Source: Minisyncoccota bacterium | GTDB taxonomy: Bacteria; Patescibacteriota; Minisyncoccia; Phycocordibacterales; UBA9973 | Direction of reading: 5' to 3' | NCBI GenBank assembly: GCA_031413715.1 | Contig: JANOFO010000004.1 | Span: 1-55,700, forward strand | DNA: 55,700 nucleotides | In this document: in pieces, positions 29,655 through 37,706 of the stretch | Numbering within the stretch: position 1 is the first letter of the stretch | Layout: the number at the start of each line of letters is the position of its first letter | The notes under the pieces: generated by a model | What the model was told of the DNA's origin: nothing | Seen by the model: the letters and a program-made list of their open reading frames with translations, nothing else | Databases searched by the model: none | Translations under genes and position numbers: made by a program

Positions 29655-29754
29655 GTATGTATTCTATGATAAATTTTAATTCAACACAAACATATGATTT
29701 TAAGCCTAATTGACGATGATAAATTGTATGATATAGTAAAAGAAAACTAAGGTC

Positions 29755-30006
29755 ATGAAAAGTCCATATTATAATGATCAGAAACAAATTGCAGACCAAT
29801 CTCAGCTTGAAGATGAATATGTAACCCAAATGGCCCTATTAGCATTCTTTAAGATAGACTCCTATAAATTAGCAATAAAAAAACCTTACTTCCATAAAAC
29901 TAAAGAAGAAATAAGGGTACTTATCAACGATACGTTGCTAAATTATACTGACACAGCCATAATACTTTCTAATCTTGGATTCTTCCAAACAGAGACCGAG
30001 AATTGA
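29755..30006 (+). CDS. Hypothetical 83-aa protein
   Basis: A lone plus-strand ORF followed 15 nt later by a good intrinsic terminator. I recognise no homology. Confidence 0.4.
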   Translation: MKSPYYNDQKQIADQSQLEDEYVTQMALLAFFKIDSYKLAIKKPYFHKTKEEIRVLINDTLLNYTDTAIILSNLGFFQTETEN

Positions 30007-30020
30007 TCTGAAACTATTCA

Positions 30021-30063
30021 TACAAACCCAATTTATAAATTTAAATCGGGTTTGTATTTTTTT
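30021..30063 (+). terminator. Intrinsic terminator
   Basis: acaaaccc ... gggtttgt is an 8-bp stem followed by attttttt. Confidence 0.6.
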
Positions 30064-30076
30064 GATTAAATATAAC

Positions 30077-31420
30077 CTAAAAGATATTTTTTAAGTCTTC
30101 AAAAGAATCAATGACTTTCCATGCTTCATTTCCAACTTTTGTTCCCCGAAATGTAATACCATGTCTGGTAAGCCTAAATAGGCCGAGATCGTTTGGACCA
30201 TCTCCTACTGCAGCACATTCTTCGGGTTTAATGTGGAGCATTTCACAAAAACTCTCTAGATAGCGAACTTTGGCATCTACATCGTCTTCTCCATTATCAT
30301 GTATTGTTACAAGTCTATCTTTTTCATCAAAAACAAAAGTATTAGCAGCTTTTGCTAGCTTAATCCCAAGGTCTTTGGAAATTATATTTACGAGGATATC
30401 AATTGATCCTGAGATAAGTACAACTTCATATCCTTTCTCTTTAAGGTAATTGATTATATCTTTAGTTCCATCGCGATATTTGTAATTTGATAGAATAGAT
30501 GTAATACCTGCGCGTGTTGCATCTTTATGTTTTAAATAATACTCGAGTACTTTATTATTCCATTCTGAATATGAAATTCTACCCTCTTTATATTCTTTGA
30601 ACATTAGTCTATCATCATCCTCTGAAATCCCTAGAGCGGCATGCAACTTTTTCCAACTACTGTGAATAATCAATGTTTCATCAAGATCAAAGCAGATGAG
30701 CTTTATATTCTCGCAAGTCTCGCAAGAACCGTTCTTGCGAACTTCTAGTGTATCTCCCTGTCTTTTCTTTTTAACTATCAAATACACAATCCAGATTATC
30801 ATGATTCCAAAGAAGATATAGCCCAAGTATTCTATAATCTGTTCTCCAAATACGTAGGCCATGCTCCCCCAGAAGATCGCCCAGAGCACAGTAGCAATGA
30901 CAGAATGCAAGAAGAATTTATGAAACGATGTGCGAGTGATACCGGCTGCAGTAGACACGAGCGACGCAAGATTTGGCTCCCAATACGAAATATATATGCT
31001 TTTCCATCCATGCTTAGTAAAATTCTTTTGGGCTTTTTCCAAAGAATTTTTTACTCCTAGTTTTAGGAGTATTTTATACCATCCATATTTACCTACAAAA
31101 AAGTTAAATGTATAGGCAATGAGGAATCCCAGTATTGTCGCAAGCACTGACAAAGATGCTTGCTTAATGTCATGAGACAAAATCACTCCCAAAAATATGA
31201 CTAATCCCCCGGGCACATACCACCCAGCAAGAAGTGCGCCTTCTATAATAGCAGCGATTAAAATAGTGAGTAAGCCAAATTCATCAAAATAACCTTGTGC
31301 AATTTCCATAAGTTCTTCTTCTGGTGGCAATCCGAGCAATCTCCAAATAAAACTGAGCGCGACAAAAAAGATGATTATAGACAGAGGAAGTTTTATTTTC
31401 TGAAAAATATCTTTAAACAC
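30077..31420 (-). CDS. Fusion: DedA/VTT-family membrane domain plus HAD (phosphoserine-phosphatase-like) domain
   Basis: The N-terminal ~215 aa are polytopic membrane sequence of DedA-like layout. The C-terminal part has ICFDLDETLI (DxDxT), LISGS and VGDGPNDL HAD motifs. Confidence 0.65.
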   Translation of the reverse strand: MFKDIFQKIKLPLSIIIFFVALSFIWRLLGLPPEEELMEIAQGYFDEFGLLTILIAAIIEGALLAGWYVPGGLVIFLGVILSHDIKQASLSVLATILGFLIAYTFNFFVGKYGWYKILLKLGVKNSLEKAQKNFTKHGWKSIYISYWEPNLASLVSTAAGITRTSFHKFFLHSVIATVLWAIFWGSMAYVFGEQIIEYLGYIFFGIMIIWIVYLIVKKKRQGDTLEVRKNGSCETCENIKLICFDLDETLIIHSSWKKLHAALGISEDDDRLMFKEYKEGRISYSEWNNKVLEYYLKHKDATRAGITSILSNYKYRDGTKDIINYLKEKGYEVVLISGSIDILVNIISKDLGIKLAKAANTFVFDEKDRLVTIHDNGEDDVDAKVRYLESFCEMLHIKPEECAAVGDGPNDLGLFRLTRHGITFRGTKVGNEAWKVIDSFEDLKNIF

Positions 31421-31425
31421 AGATT

Positions 31426-32238
31426 TTATTTTACTACCTTACTGCGAAATAGATAGCTTGCAACTGGGATACATACTGCCGTTATACCTACAAGCCAGAC
31501 AACTGAGATCCAAATATGATCCCCAGGAGAAGTTCCTATCATGAGCGCTCGAATAGCCTCGATGACATGTGTCACTGGCTGATTCTCAGCAAAGAGGCGG
31601 AGTCCTTTTGGCATTGTATCTGTAGGAACAAAGGCTGCTGATGCAAATGTGATTGGGAAAATAAGCAGAAAGCCCATCCATTGAACAGCCTCAACACTCT
31701 TGGCCAAGAGTCCCATGATCGCAGATAGCCATGAAATAGCAAATGTAAATAGGAGCACAATACCAAGCATAGTAAGCCAATCAGTGAAGGATGCCACTGG
31801 CCGGAAGCCGACAAAAAAAGCAGTGATAATAAGTATGATGGAAGAAAGTACGTTTCTAACTAAATCAGCTACTACGTGCCCTGTCATTACAGCCGAGCTT
31901 ACCATTGGAAGGGACTTGAAGCGATCAACAATCCCACGCTTCATATCAGTAGCTATAGAGATAGCGGTGGTATTTGCACCAAATGCTGCCATCTGAATAA
32001 GTATTCCAGCCACAAGGAAATTTACATATCCCACTCCATCTGTATCTATCGCGCCTCCAAACACATATCGAAATAGAAGGAGAAACATAATCGGCTGAAC
32101 TACAAGGCCGATAAGTTGATCCATATTTTTAAAAATATGCGAAAGACTGCGCCTAACAAGCACCCATGTATCAGAAAGCGCCCAATAAAAAGATGAGTGT
32201 CTAGAAGTCTTATTTATATTTTCTATTTCTTGGTTCAT
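31426..32238 (-). CDS. ABC-2 type transporter permease
   Basis: Six TM segments, 270 aa, immediately downstream of the ABC ATPase. Confidence 0.85.
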   Translation of the reverse strand: MNQEIENINKTSRHSSFYWALSDTWVLVRRSLSHIFKNMDQLIGLVVQPIMFLLLFRYVFGGAIDTDGVGYVNFLVAGILIQMAAFGANTTAISIATDMKRGIVDRFKSLPMVSSAVMTGHVVADLVRNVLSSIILIITAFFVGFRPVASFTDWLTMLGIVLLFTFAISWLSAIMGLLAKSVEAVQWMGFLLIFPITFASAAFVPTDTMPKGLRLFAENQPVTHVIEAIRALMIGTSPGDHIWISVVWLVGITAVCIPVASYLFRSKVVK

Positions 32239-32253
32239 ATATAATAAATTATC

Positions 32254-33231
32254 TTATGCCTTGGCTTTATCAGAGTCAGATGAAGTTACTTCGTGCCCTG
32301 TGAGATGGAGGAATACATCATCCATAGTAGGCTTATGTACTGACATACTATCGAGCTCAATCCCCTCTCTATACAAAAGGTCTAATACATTTTTGACTGA
32401 GCGGACACTACCGTCGGTTGAAATACTTACGGTACGTTCATCTTTTGAATGGTGAAGTCCTTTTTCTTCTCTACTCATAAGCTCTACTGCCTTTTCAAAA
32501 TTACTTTCTTTGGCAATAACAAGTTCGATACGCTCTGATCCGACAAGCGCTTTGAGTTCATCGCCAGTGCCTTCGGCAATAATCTTTCCATGATCAAGCA
32601 CGGCGATACGGTCAGCAAGCTTATCGGCTTCTTCAAGGTATTGAGTTGTTAGAAATATAGTAACTCCTTCATCTTCTATGAGTCGCTCGATGATGTCCCA
32701 CATAGCGATTCTGCTTCGTGGATCAAGGCCTGTCGTTGGCTCATCTAGAAAAAGGATCGGAACCTTGGCGACAATACTAGCAGCGAGATCTAGCCTTCGT
32801 CGCATACCTCCTGAATACGTTTTCGCTGCTCTATCAGCTGCATCAACTAGATCAAACTGGACCAGAAGTTCTTCGGCGCGAGCCTTACTTTCCTCTTTGC
32901 TCAAATGATAGAGTCTGCCCATCATTACCAAATTTTCTCGGCCAGTTAATAGATCATCAATGGCCGCATACTGTCCAGTAAGTCCGATAACGCTTCGGAC
33001 TTCTTTTGCATTATGGACAACATCGAATCCACCTACCTCTACATCCCCTTCGTCTGGTTTTAAAAGTGTACTCAAGATGCGAACAATGGTTGTCTTGCCT
33101 GCACCGTTAGGGCCTAGGAGTGCGAGCATAGTACCCCGTTTTACAGAGAGGTTAATACCCTTTAGAACTTCTAGATCTTTAAATGATTTCGTGAGATTTT
33201 TTATAACAATTTGATTGTCTGTTTCAGTCAT
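32254..33231 (-). CDS. ABC transporter ATP-binding protein (DrrA-like)
   Basis: GPNGAGKTT, YSGGMRRR and ILFLDEPTTGLD. Confidence 0.9.
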   Translation of the reverse strand: MTETDNQIVIKNLTKSFKDLEVLKGINLSVKRGTMLALLGPNGAGKTTIVRILSTLLKPDEGDVEVGGFDVVHNAKEVRSVIGLTGQYAAIDDLLTGRENLVMMGRLYHLSKEESKARAEELLVQFDLVDAADRAAKTYSGGMRRRLDLAASIVAKVPILFLDEPTTGLDPRSRIAMWDIIERLIEDEGVTIFLTTQYLEEADKLADRIAVLDHGKIIAEGTGDELKALVGSERIELVIAKESNFEKAVELMSREEKGLHHSKDERTVSISTDGSVRSVKNVLDLLYREGIELDSMSVHKPTMDDVFLHLTGHEVTSSDSDKAKA

Positions 33232-33279
33232 TGTATTAGTATAGTATCAGAATTGGGTATTCTAGCAAATTCTACGTAC

Positions 33280-33786
33280 TCAAATTGAGGCACTCGAGTT
33301 TGAATATATTTCAATAAAAAGATGCCATTCCTCTATGCATTTGTTCGTTAATTCTAATACATCGAGGGGAAATGGTGCAAAATCACTCGCTGCTATGCAA
33401 AATTTTATTTTGCCACCATCAAAATAATCAAAATGTTTAGATATTGGTGTGGTTATACCAAACATATCATAAGCTCCAAAGTCGCAAAATTTAGCGTCCA
33501 ATTTCTGTTTGCTGTGATCATGGTATTTTTGGTGCTTTTGTGTATTAGCGAGTGCGTGACATAAAGATAAATAAGGTGATTTTTTAATAAATGCGTAAAT
33601 ATTATTTTCATGGTAACCACTATTTTTTAGACAGTCGGCTACATGATAACACTGGATGAAGAAAGAAGTAAAAGCATCAATAGCCTCATTGTGATTTTCA
33701 TTTGTTGCAATGGAATACTTCTGTAGATTCTCGTTTAGACGAATCACTCTAGAAAATTGTTCTTGATATGGTTTTGAGTATTTCAC
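33280..33786 (-). CDS. Hypothetical 168-aa protein (accessory islet)
   Basis: Clean ORF, probably all-alpha. It contains FFIQCYHVADCLKN and LANTQKH. I cannot name a confident family. Confidence 0.5.
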   Translation of the reverse strand: MKYSKPYQEQFSRVIRLNENLQKYSIATNENHNEAIDAFTSFFIQCYHVADCLKNSGYHENNIYAFIKKSPYLSLCHALANTQKHQKYHDHSKQKLDAKFCDFGAYDMFGITTPISKHFDYFDGGKIKFCIAASDFAPFPLDVLELTNKCIEEWHLFIEIYSNSSASI

Positions 33787-33811
33787 AAAAAGTTACTCAG
33801 GTCTGTTGATA

Positions 33812-34045
33812 TTAAGTAAAATGGTTTTTCATAAACGCTCGGCCGGAACCGGATTTTAAATATTTTTCAAATTCAAATGCCTTATATTTATCTTTTAAAG
33901 CAAAGTAGAATTCTAATTCTATAGGAAGACGATTAGAAGTTGCTTGAACATTTCCTTTTTGGTGTCTAGAAATCCTATCTTTCAAGTTGTCTGTGCAGCC
34001 TATGTAAAAACCATCTTTGCATTTTAAACTGTAAACATAGTACAT
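33812..34045 (-). CDS. GIY-YIG nuclease-superfamily small protein (77 aa)
   Basis: MYYVYSLKCKDGFYIGCTDNLKDRISRH matches the GIY...YIG...R pattern. Confidence 0.8.
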   Translation of the reverse strand: MYYVYSLKCKDGFYIGCTDNLKDRISRHQKGNVQATSNRLPIELEFYFALKDKYKAFEFEKYLKSGSGRAFMKNHFT

Positions 34046-34069
34046 ATAAATATTATATCATTTATATTA

Positions 34070-34147
34070 GCGGATTTTATCACGCCGTAGTCACGATATA
34101 GATTTGGCGAATCCGACTTCGCTAAAGCTATGTCGTGACGAAGGCGG
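34070..34147. repeat. 78-bp palindromic direct repeat, copy 1
   Basis: gcggattttatcacgccgtagtcacgatatagatttggcgaatccgacttcgctaaagctatgtcgtgacgaaggcgg is identical to 35194-35271. It folds as gtcacgatatag ... ctatgtcgtgac with an inner gcgaa-tccgac-ttcgc hairpin. Confidence 0.85.
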
Positions 34148-34223
34148 GCCGTGTGAGTTCAGTACCCACGCTTAAATTCAGAAAAGTTAAAGATTATTTT
34201 CTCGTTTTTGTCTCCTAAACATC

Positions 34224-34245
34224 GAAAACCCCTTTCGGGGTTTTC
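34224..34245 (-). terminator. Stem-loop downstream of the 222-aa/77-aa gene pair
   Basis: Minus strand reads gaaaacccc-gaaa-ggggttttc (9-bp stem, GNRA loop) 17 nt after the stop. It is preceded by a ggc-ttcg-gcc minihairpin. The trailing U-tract is weak. Confidence 0.45.
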
Positions 34246-34261
34246 TCGGAGGCCGAAGCCG

Positions 34262-34495
34262 TCAATACCTGCATAATAGCACAAGGCTGTTTTTAATGCA
34301 AATACTGTAGTACCTTAGGCGAGATAATTTTCCCTTTGGTGCAGACAGAAGAATATCAACACTTTTTGTATGGCCAAGTGTCATGTTTGCATCAAAGCCT
34401 CTGAGAGCAAGTTGCCCTAAAGTGAAAAACTCTCCTGCTAGTGATATTGAATTAACATTAAGTGTTTCTTTTATGCCGATATTTAGACTAGCCAT
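34262..34495 (-). CDS. Hypothetical 77-aa protein, possibly a truncated PD-(D/E)XK-like fragment
   Basis: It overlaps the upstream ORF by 13 nt. SLAGEFFTLGQLALRGFDANMTL...VDILL resembles the N-terminal E...D part of small restriction-endonuclease-fold proteins. This is a weak, memory-based call. Confidence 0.3.
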   Translation of the reverse strand: MASLNIGIKETLNVNSISLAGEFFTLGQLALRGFDANMTLGHTKSVDILLSAPKGKLSRLRYYSICIKNSLVLLCRY

Positions 34496-35151
34496 GCCTT
34501 TTTTAGTGTTTTTTGAATTATCTTGAGTCTCTTATCCCTTTCTAAATTTTGAAAAAACTGAGGGTCTTTGATGGCATATTTATTGTGTAAAATTTTAATT
34601 AAATCCTTATAAATTTGTTTTAGTTCTTCTAAACTTTTCTTGTTGCTGGGAAATTTTTTGTTATTGAATGAAAAACTATCTCCAATGAAATTTCCAAAAT
34701 CGTATATGGGTTTCTTTATCTTTTTTTGTTCGTCTGGTAGGTTTTGATAACCAATACACCTTTGTTCGATATGTTCAAGATGATTCCTTATGGTTGAAAT
34801 ATCAAAGATTGCATCTAATTTTATTTTAAGTTTTTTTATATCTGGGTCATTAAGTTCTATAGCAAGTTGCTCAATCAGTTTATGGCATTTATCAATACAT
34901 AGAAAGAAAAAATGAGTATCGCAAGCTAAATATGTAAGATTGAAGTTATTTCTACTACGATTCCCAAATTTGCCACTTCTCAACAAAGCAAATTCTTTAG
35001 CAATATTCTCTCGAATCTTGTCTAGTCTTTTCATCTCTATTATTGCTCCATTCACGTATCTCTCAAAGGTGCTCAGTAATAAATAAAGCTCCATGCTTTT
35101 TTCTGTGTTTTTATCCAGATGGAACGTGTATTTTGTTGCTAAGTCAAACAT
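34483..35151 (-). CDS. Hypothetical 222-aa protein with an RNxxxH (HEPN-like) motif
   Basis: Helix-rich, Lys/Glu-rich protein. It has one RNHLEH motif (in FDISTIRNHLEHIEQR), matching the Rx4-6H HEPN RNase signature with the usual Asn after Arg. Confidence 0.5.
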   Translation of the reverse strand: MFDLATKYTFHLDKNTEKSMELYLLLSTFERYVNGAIIEMKRLDKIRENIAKEFALLRSGKFGNRSRNNFNLTYLACDTHFFFLCIDKCHKLIEQLAIELNDPDIKKLKIKLDAIFDISTIRNHLEHIEQRCIGYQNLPDEQKKIKKPIYDFGNFIGDSFSFNNKKFPSNKKSLEELKQIYKDLIKILHNKYAIKDPQFFQNLERDKRLKIIQKTLKKAWLV

Positions 35152-35193
35152 GTATATTTTTATCCATTAAATAAGGTTTTTACTTTCGTATTG

Positions 35194-35271
35194 GCGGATT
35201 TTATCACGCCGTAGTCACGATATAGATTTGGCGAATCCGACTTCGCTAAAGCTATGTCGTGACGAAGGCGG
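35194..35271. repeat. 78-bp palindromic direct repeat, copy 2 (abuts the tRNA-Ser 3' end)
   Basis: Perfect match to 34070-34147. Its last 3 nt overlap the 3' end of tRNA-Ser. Confidence 0.85.
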
Positions 35272-35355
35272 AGGGTAAGAGATTTGAACTCTTGATGGAG
35301 TTGCCCCCATACCACCTTTCCAAGGTGGCGCACTAGACCGCTATGCGAACCCTCC
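35269..35355 (-). tRNA. tRNA-Ser (anticodon GGA), class II with long variable arm
   Basis: Hand fold: acceptor GGAGGGT/ACCCTCC, 3-bp D stem, anticodon stem CCACC/GGTGG with loop TTGGAAA, variable arm ATGGGG-GCAA-CTCCAT, T arm AAGAG-TTCAAAT-CTCTT. CCA is not encoded. Confidence 0.85.
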
Positions 35356-35390
35356 ATTTTTTAATTGCTACCTTATCCGTATAAGTGAGA

Positions 35391-36281
35391 TTACTTCATC
35401 CCACGTAAAATCGCAATGCGCTCTTCTGCAGGCGGATGAGTAGCAAAAAGTCCGCGAACCGTCTTGCCTAGGCTTGAACCCTTAGGATCAGAGATATATA
35501 GATGTGCAATAGATTTTGCTTGGCGCTTCATTGGTTGTGAATACTGGTTAATCTTGCCTAGTGCAGAAGCTAGGCCTTCTGGATAGCGAGTAAGTAGAGC
35601 GCCGGAGGCATCAGCAAGGTATTCCCTCTTGCGAGATATTGCGAGCTGTATAAGCATCGCGAAAATCGGTGCAAGAATTGAGAGAATAATTCCGATGATC
35701 ACAAGCGCTCCTGCACCTTTATTGTCGCGATCACCACTTCCACCAAACCATAGACTTCGCATAAACATATCAGCAAGAATGGAGATGAATCCGACAAGGA
35801 CGACTACGACAGTAGAGAGGAGCATATCGCGATTGCCGATATGCGAAAGCTCATGAGCGATCACTCCTTCAAGTTCATTCTTCTCAAGGATCGCGAGGAG
35901 TCCTGTTGTGATTGCAACAACGGCGTGTTTTTTGTCCCGACCAGTTGCAAACGCATTCGGCGCATTGTCAGCAATCACATATACTTTCGGCATAGGGAGC
36001 CCGGCTGCAATTGAAAGATTTTCTACAGTGGTATATAAGTCAAAATACTGTTTTCTATCTGCAACATGAGCACCGGCAAGAGTAAGAACAATCTTGTCAG
36101 AATACCAGTAAGATGTAACGTTGAGAACTATTGAAAAAATTACAAAGAAAACCAAAATGGAAGGATTCCCATAATACATGCTAAAAAACCACCCTATCCC
36201 AATAAGAAGAATAAAAAATAAGGTCATTAGAAACCAGGTTTTTGAAACATTTTTCGATTGTTGAGTATACAGTGTTGCCAT
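35391..36281 (-). CDS. htpX: Zinc metalloprotease HtpX
   Basis: HELSHI motif, four TM segments and an HtpX-like C-terminus (ATHPPAEERI). Confidence 0.9.
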   Translation of the reverse strand: MATLYTQQSKNVSKTWFLMTLFFILLIGIGWFFSMYYGNPSILVFFVIFSIVLNVTSYWYSDKIVLTLAGAHVADRKQYFDLYTTVENLSIAAGLPMPKVYVIADNAPNAFATGRDKKHAVVAITTGLLAILEKNELEGVIAHELSHIGNRDMLLSTVVVVLVGFISILADMFMRSLWFGGSGDRDNKGAGALVIIGIILSILAPIFAMLIQLAISRKREYLADASGALLTRYPEGLASALGKINQYSQPMKRQAKSIAHLYISDPKGSSLGKTVRGLFATHPPAEERIAILRGMK

Positions 36282-37054
36282 TATTTTAGATTATATTTAT
36301 TAACAGATTTTTTACCAAATATATTTGGAGAGACTGCATATATGTCTGTACAACTTTTTGAATCAATATTTGGGTAAACACCTTTTGTTGTACCTGCAAA
36401 GCCTCCGCTAGAAGCTACCCAAATGCCATTAGTATCATAAACAGAGCCGAAACCATCATATACATTTTGATTAACCAAAAAGTAAATCTTGCCATTAACA
36501 TCAGAACACTCAGAAATTGTTACATTTTTATCTTTTTGGAAAATATTTTGTAAAACAATATTATTCTGACTTTCAGCTTTTTTTATTACTTTAATATAAT
36601 ATTTCTCATTCTTGATTATAGAATATGTATTGGGATGCTCAGAGTTTTCGTCAGTGTATTTTTCAGCATACACACTTACTTTCGCACCAATATTCAATTC
36701 TCCCTCTATAGTGCCCTTGGTTTGAGTCCAGCCCATGATATAAAGCACCCAGTAGTTTTTATCTACTTCGATGAGACATAGGCCATCTGAAAAGCATCCA
36801 TCGTCACGATTCGTTATCGTTCCAGAGAATCGCTTTTCACCAGGCAAATCTTTAACTACATCTGGAGTAGTTGGTTTAGTTGGATTTATTTTTGTTGAAT
36901 CGTCTGGAATTTGCGTAACTGGAGCAGGCGTAGAATTTGTGCCAAGATATTTTGCCTTATCTTGTGACATCCATCGAAGGGCGATAATCATAAGAATAAT
37001 CAAAATGATTAGTAACGCAGTATTTAATTTTGAATTAAAAAATTTATTTTGCAT
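36281..37054 (-). CDS. Membrane-anchored secreted hypothetical protein (257 aa)
   Basis: N-terminal TM helix, Pro/Thr-rich linker, then a Cys-containing globular part. Its start overlaps the htpX stop by 1 nt. Confidence 0.6.
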   Translation of the reverse strand: MQNKFFNSKLNTALLIILIILMIIALRWMSQDKAKYLGTNSTPAPVTQIPDDSTKINPTKPTTPDVVKDLPGEKRFSGTITNRDDGCFSDGLCLIEVDKNYWVLYIMGWTQTKGTIEGELNIGAKVSVYAEKYTDENSEHPNTYSIIKNEKYYIKVIKKAESQNNIVLQNIFQKDKNVTISECSDVNGKIYFLVNQNVYDGFGSVYDTNGIWVASSGGFAGTTKGVYPNIDSKSCTDIYAVSPNIFGKKSVNKYNLK

Positions 37055-37058
37055 ATTA

Positions 37059-37211
37059 TTAAATAAAAGACCTATTGATTAATAAATATTTTTCTTTTTC
37101 AAAATCTTTTAATCTTGAAAATTCTCGTGCATTGAAACGCAAAGATCTGCCAGTCTTGTTTGGCTTGCATATAGGACAACTTGATAACTTCTTTCTATAT
37201 CTCTTACGCAT
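37059..37211 (-). CDS. Candidate 50-aa basic small ORF (MRKRYRKKLSSCPICKPNKTGRSLRF...)
   Basis: Below the track's size cut-off. Its ATG directly follows the TAG of the DUF2283-like gene, with no intervening nt. It is very basic and has a single CxxC. Confidence 0.3.
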   Translation of the reverse strand: MRKRYRKKLSSCPICKPNKTGRSLRFNAREFSRLKDFEKEKYLLINRSFI

Positions 37212-37463
37212 CTAGGCTAAAATTGACTTCTTGTTTGGGAAAAGTCCAAAAGCTCCGCCTTTTTTCATAACAGCGCGGGCTTTTGTGAAAAATTTGCTCG
37301 CATTGAGAATTTCAAACAGTACGGGCTCATCTGTTTTGGTGAAATGCACGACAACATTACCGATCTCTTTTGCATAATCTATCGGCTTGTTTGAAGATTC
37401 TACAGTCAGAATATCAGCTTCTGATTCATAAGATATTTTATTTTTTTTGTTATTTTTTGCCAT
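37212..37463 (-). CDS. DUF2283 (YuzE-like) small protein, putative antitoxin
   Basis: YESEADILTVE resembles the DUF2283 Y-D-x-E-x-D-x-L-Y-I pattern. It overlaps the upstream partner by 14 nt. Confidence 0.55.
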   Translation of the reverse strand: MAKNNKKNKISYESEADILTVESSNKPIDYAKEIGNVVVHFTKTDEPVLFEILNASKFFTKARAVMKKGGAFGLFPNKKSILA

Positions 37464-37704
37464 AATTCTTTAAGCGCCCAGGGTAGAAAGTGATTACTTT
37501 TACAACACCTTTCTCCTCTTTATATACTACCCTCAATACATGAGTCCTGTCAATCTTGCGCTCTGCGATAAGCAGAGGCAATCGGGAATAATCTATAAAA
37601 TCTGGTTTATTTAAGGTAGCTAAGACTTTCTTCTCTGAAACGATAAACTTGTGCTTCCTTAGAATTCCAAACTTCTCATGCGCATGTTTGGTAAAAACAA
37701 TCAT
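37450..37704 (-). CDS. DUF4258-like small protein, putative toxin
   Basis: 84 aa. FTKHAHEKFGILRKHKF...VVYKEE...VKVITFYP is the layout I associate with DUF4258 proteins paired with DUF2283. Confidence 0.55.
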   Translation of the reverse strand: MIVFTKHAHEKFGILRKHKFIVSEKKVLATLNKPDFIDYSRLPLLIAERKIDRTHVLRVVYKEEKGVVKVITFYPGRLKNYGKK

Positions 37705-37706
37705 GA

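Noticed and set aside
29614-29829. 71-aa minus-strand ORF overlapping the purL start
   Set aside because: It is an out-of-frame overlap with the purL N-terminus and an AT-rich promoter region. The translation is hydrophobic and low-complexity.
34070-35271. Idea that the 78-bp repeats are integron attC sites (CALIN-like cassette)
   Set aside because: There are no GTTRRRY / RYYYAAC core sites at the ends, no intI nearby and only two copies. The hairpin alone is not diagnostic.
35160-35357. 65-aa minus-strand ORF (MEGSHSGLVRHLGK...)
   Set aside because: It is made entirely of tRNA-Ser(GGA) plus the 78-bp repeat. The tRNA fold fully explains the sequence.
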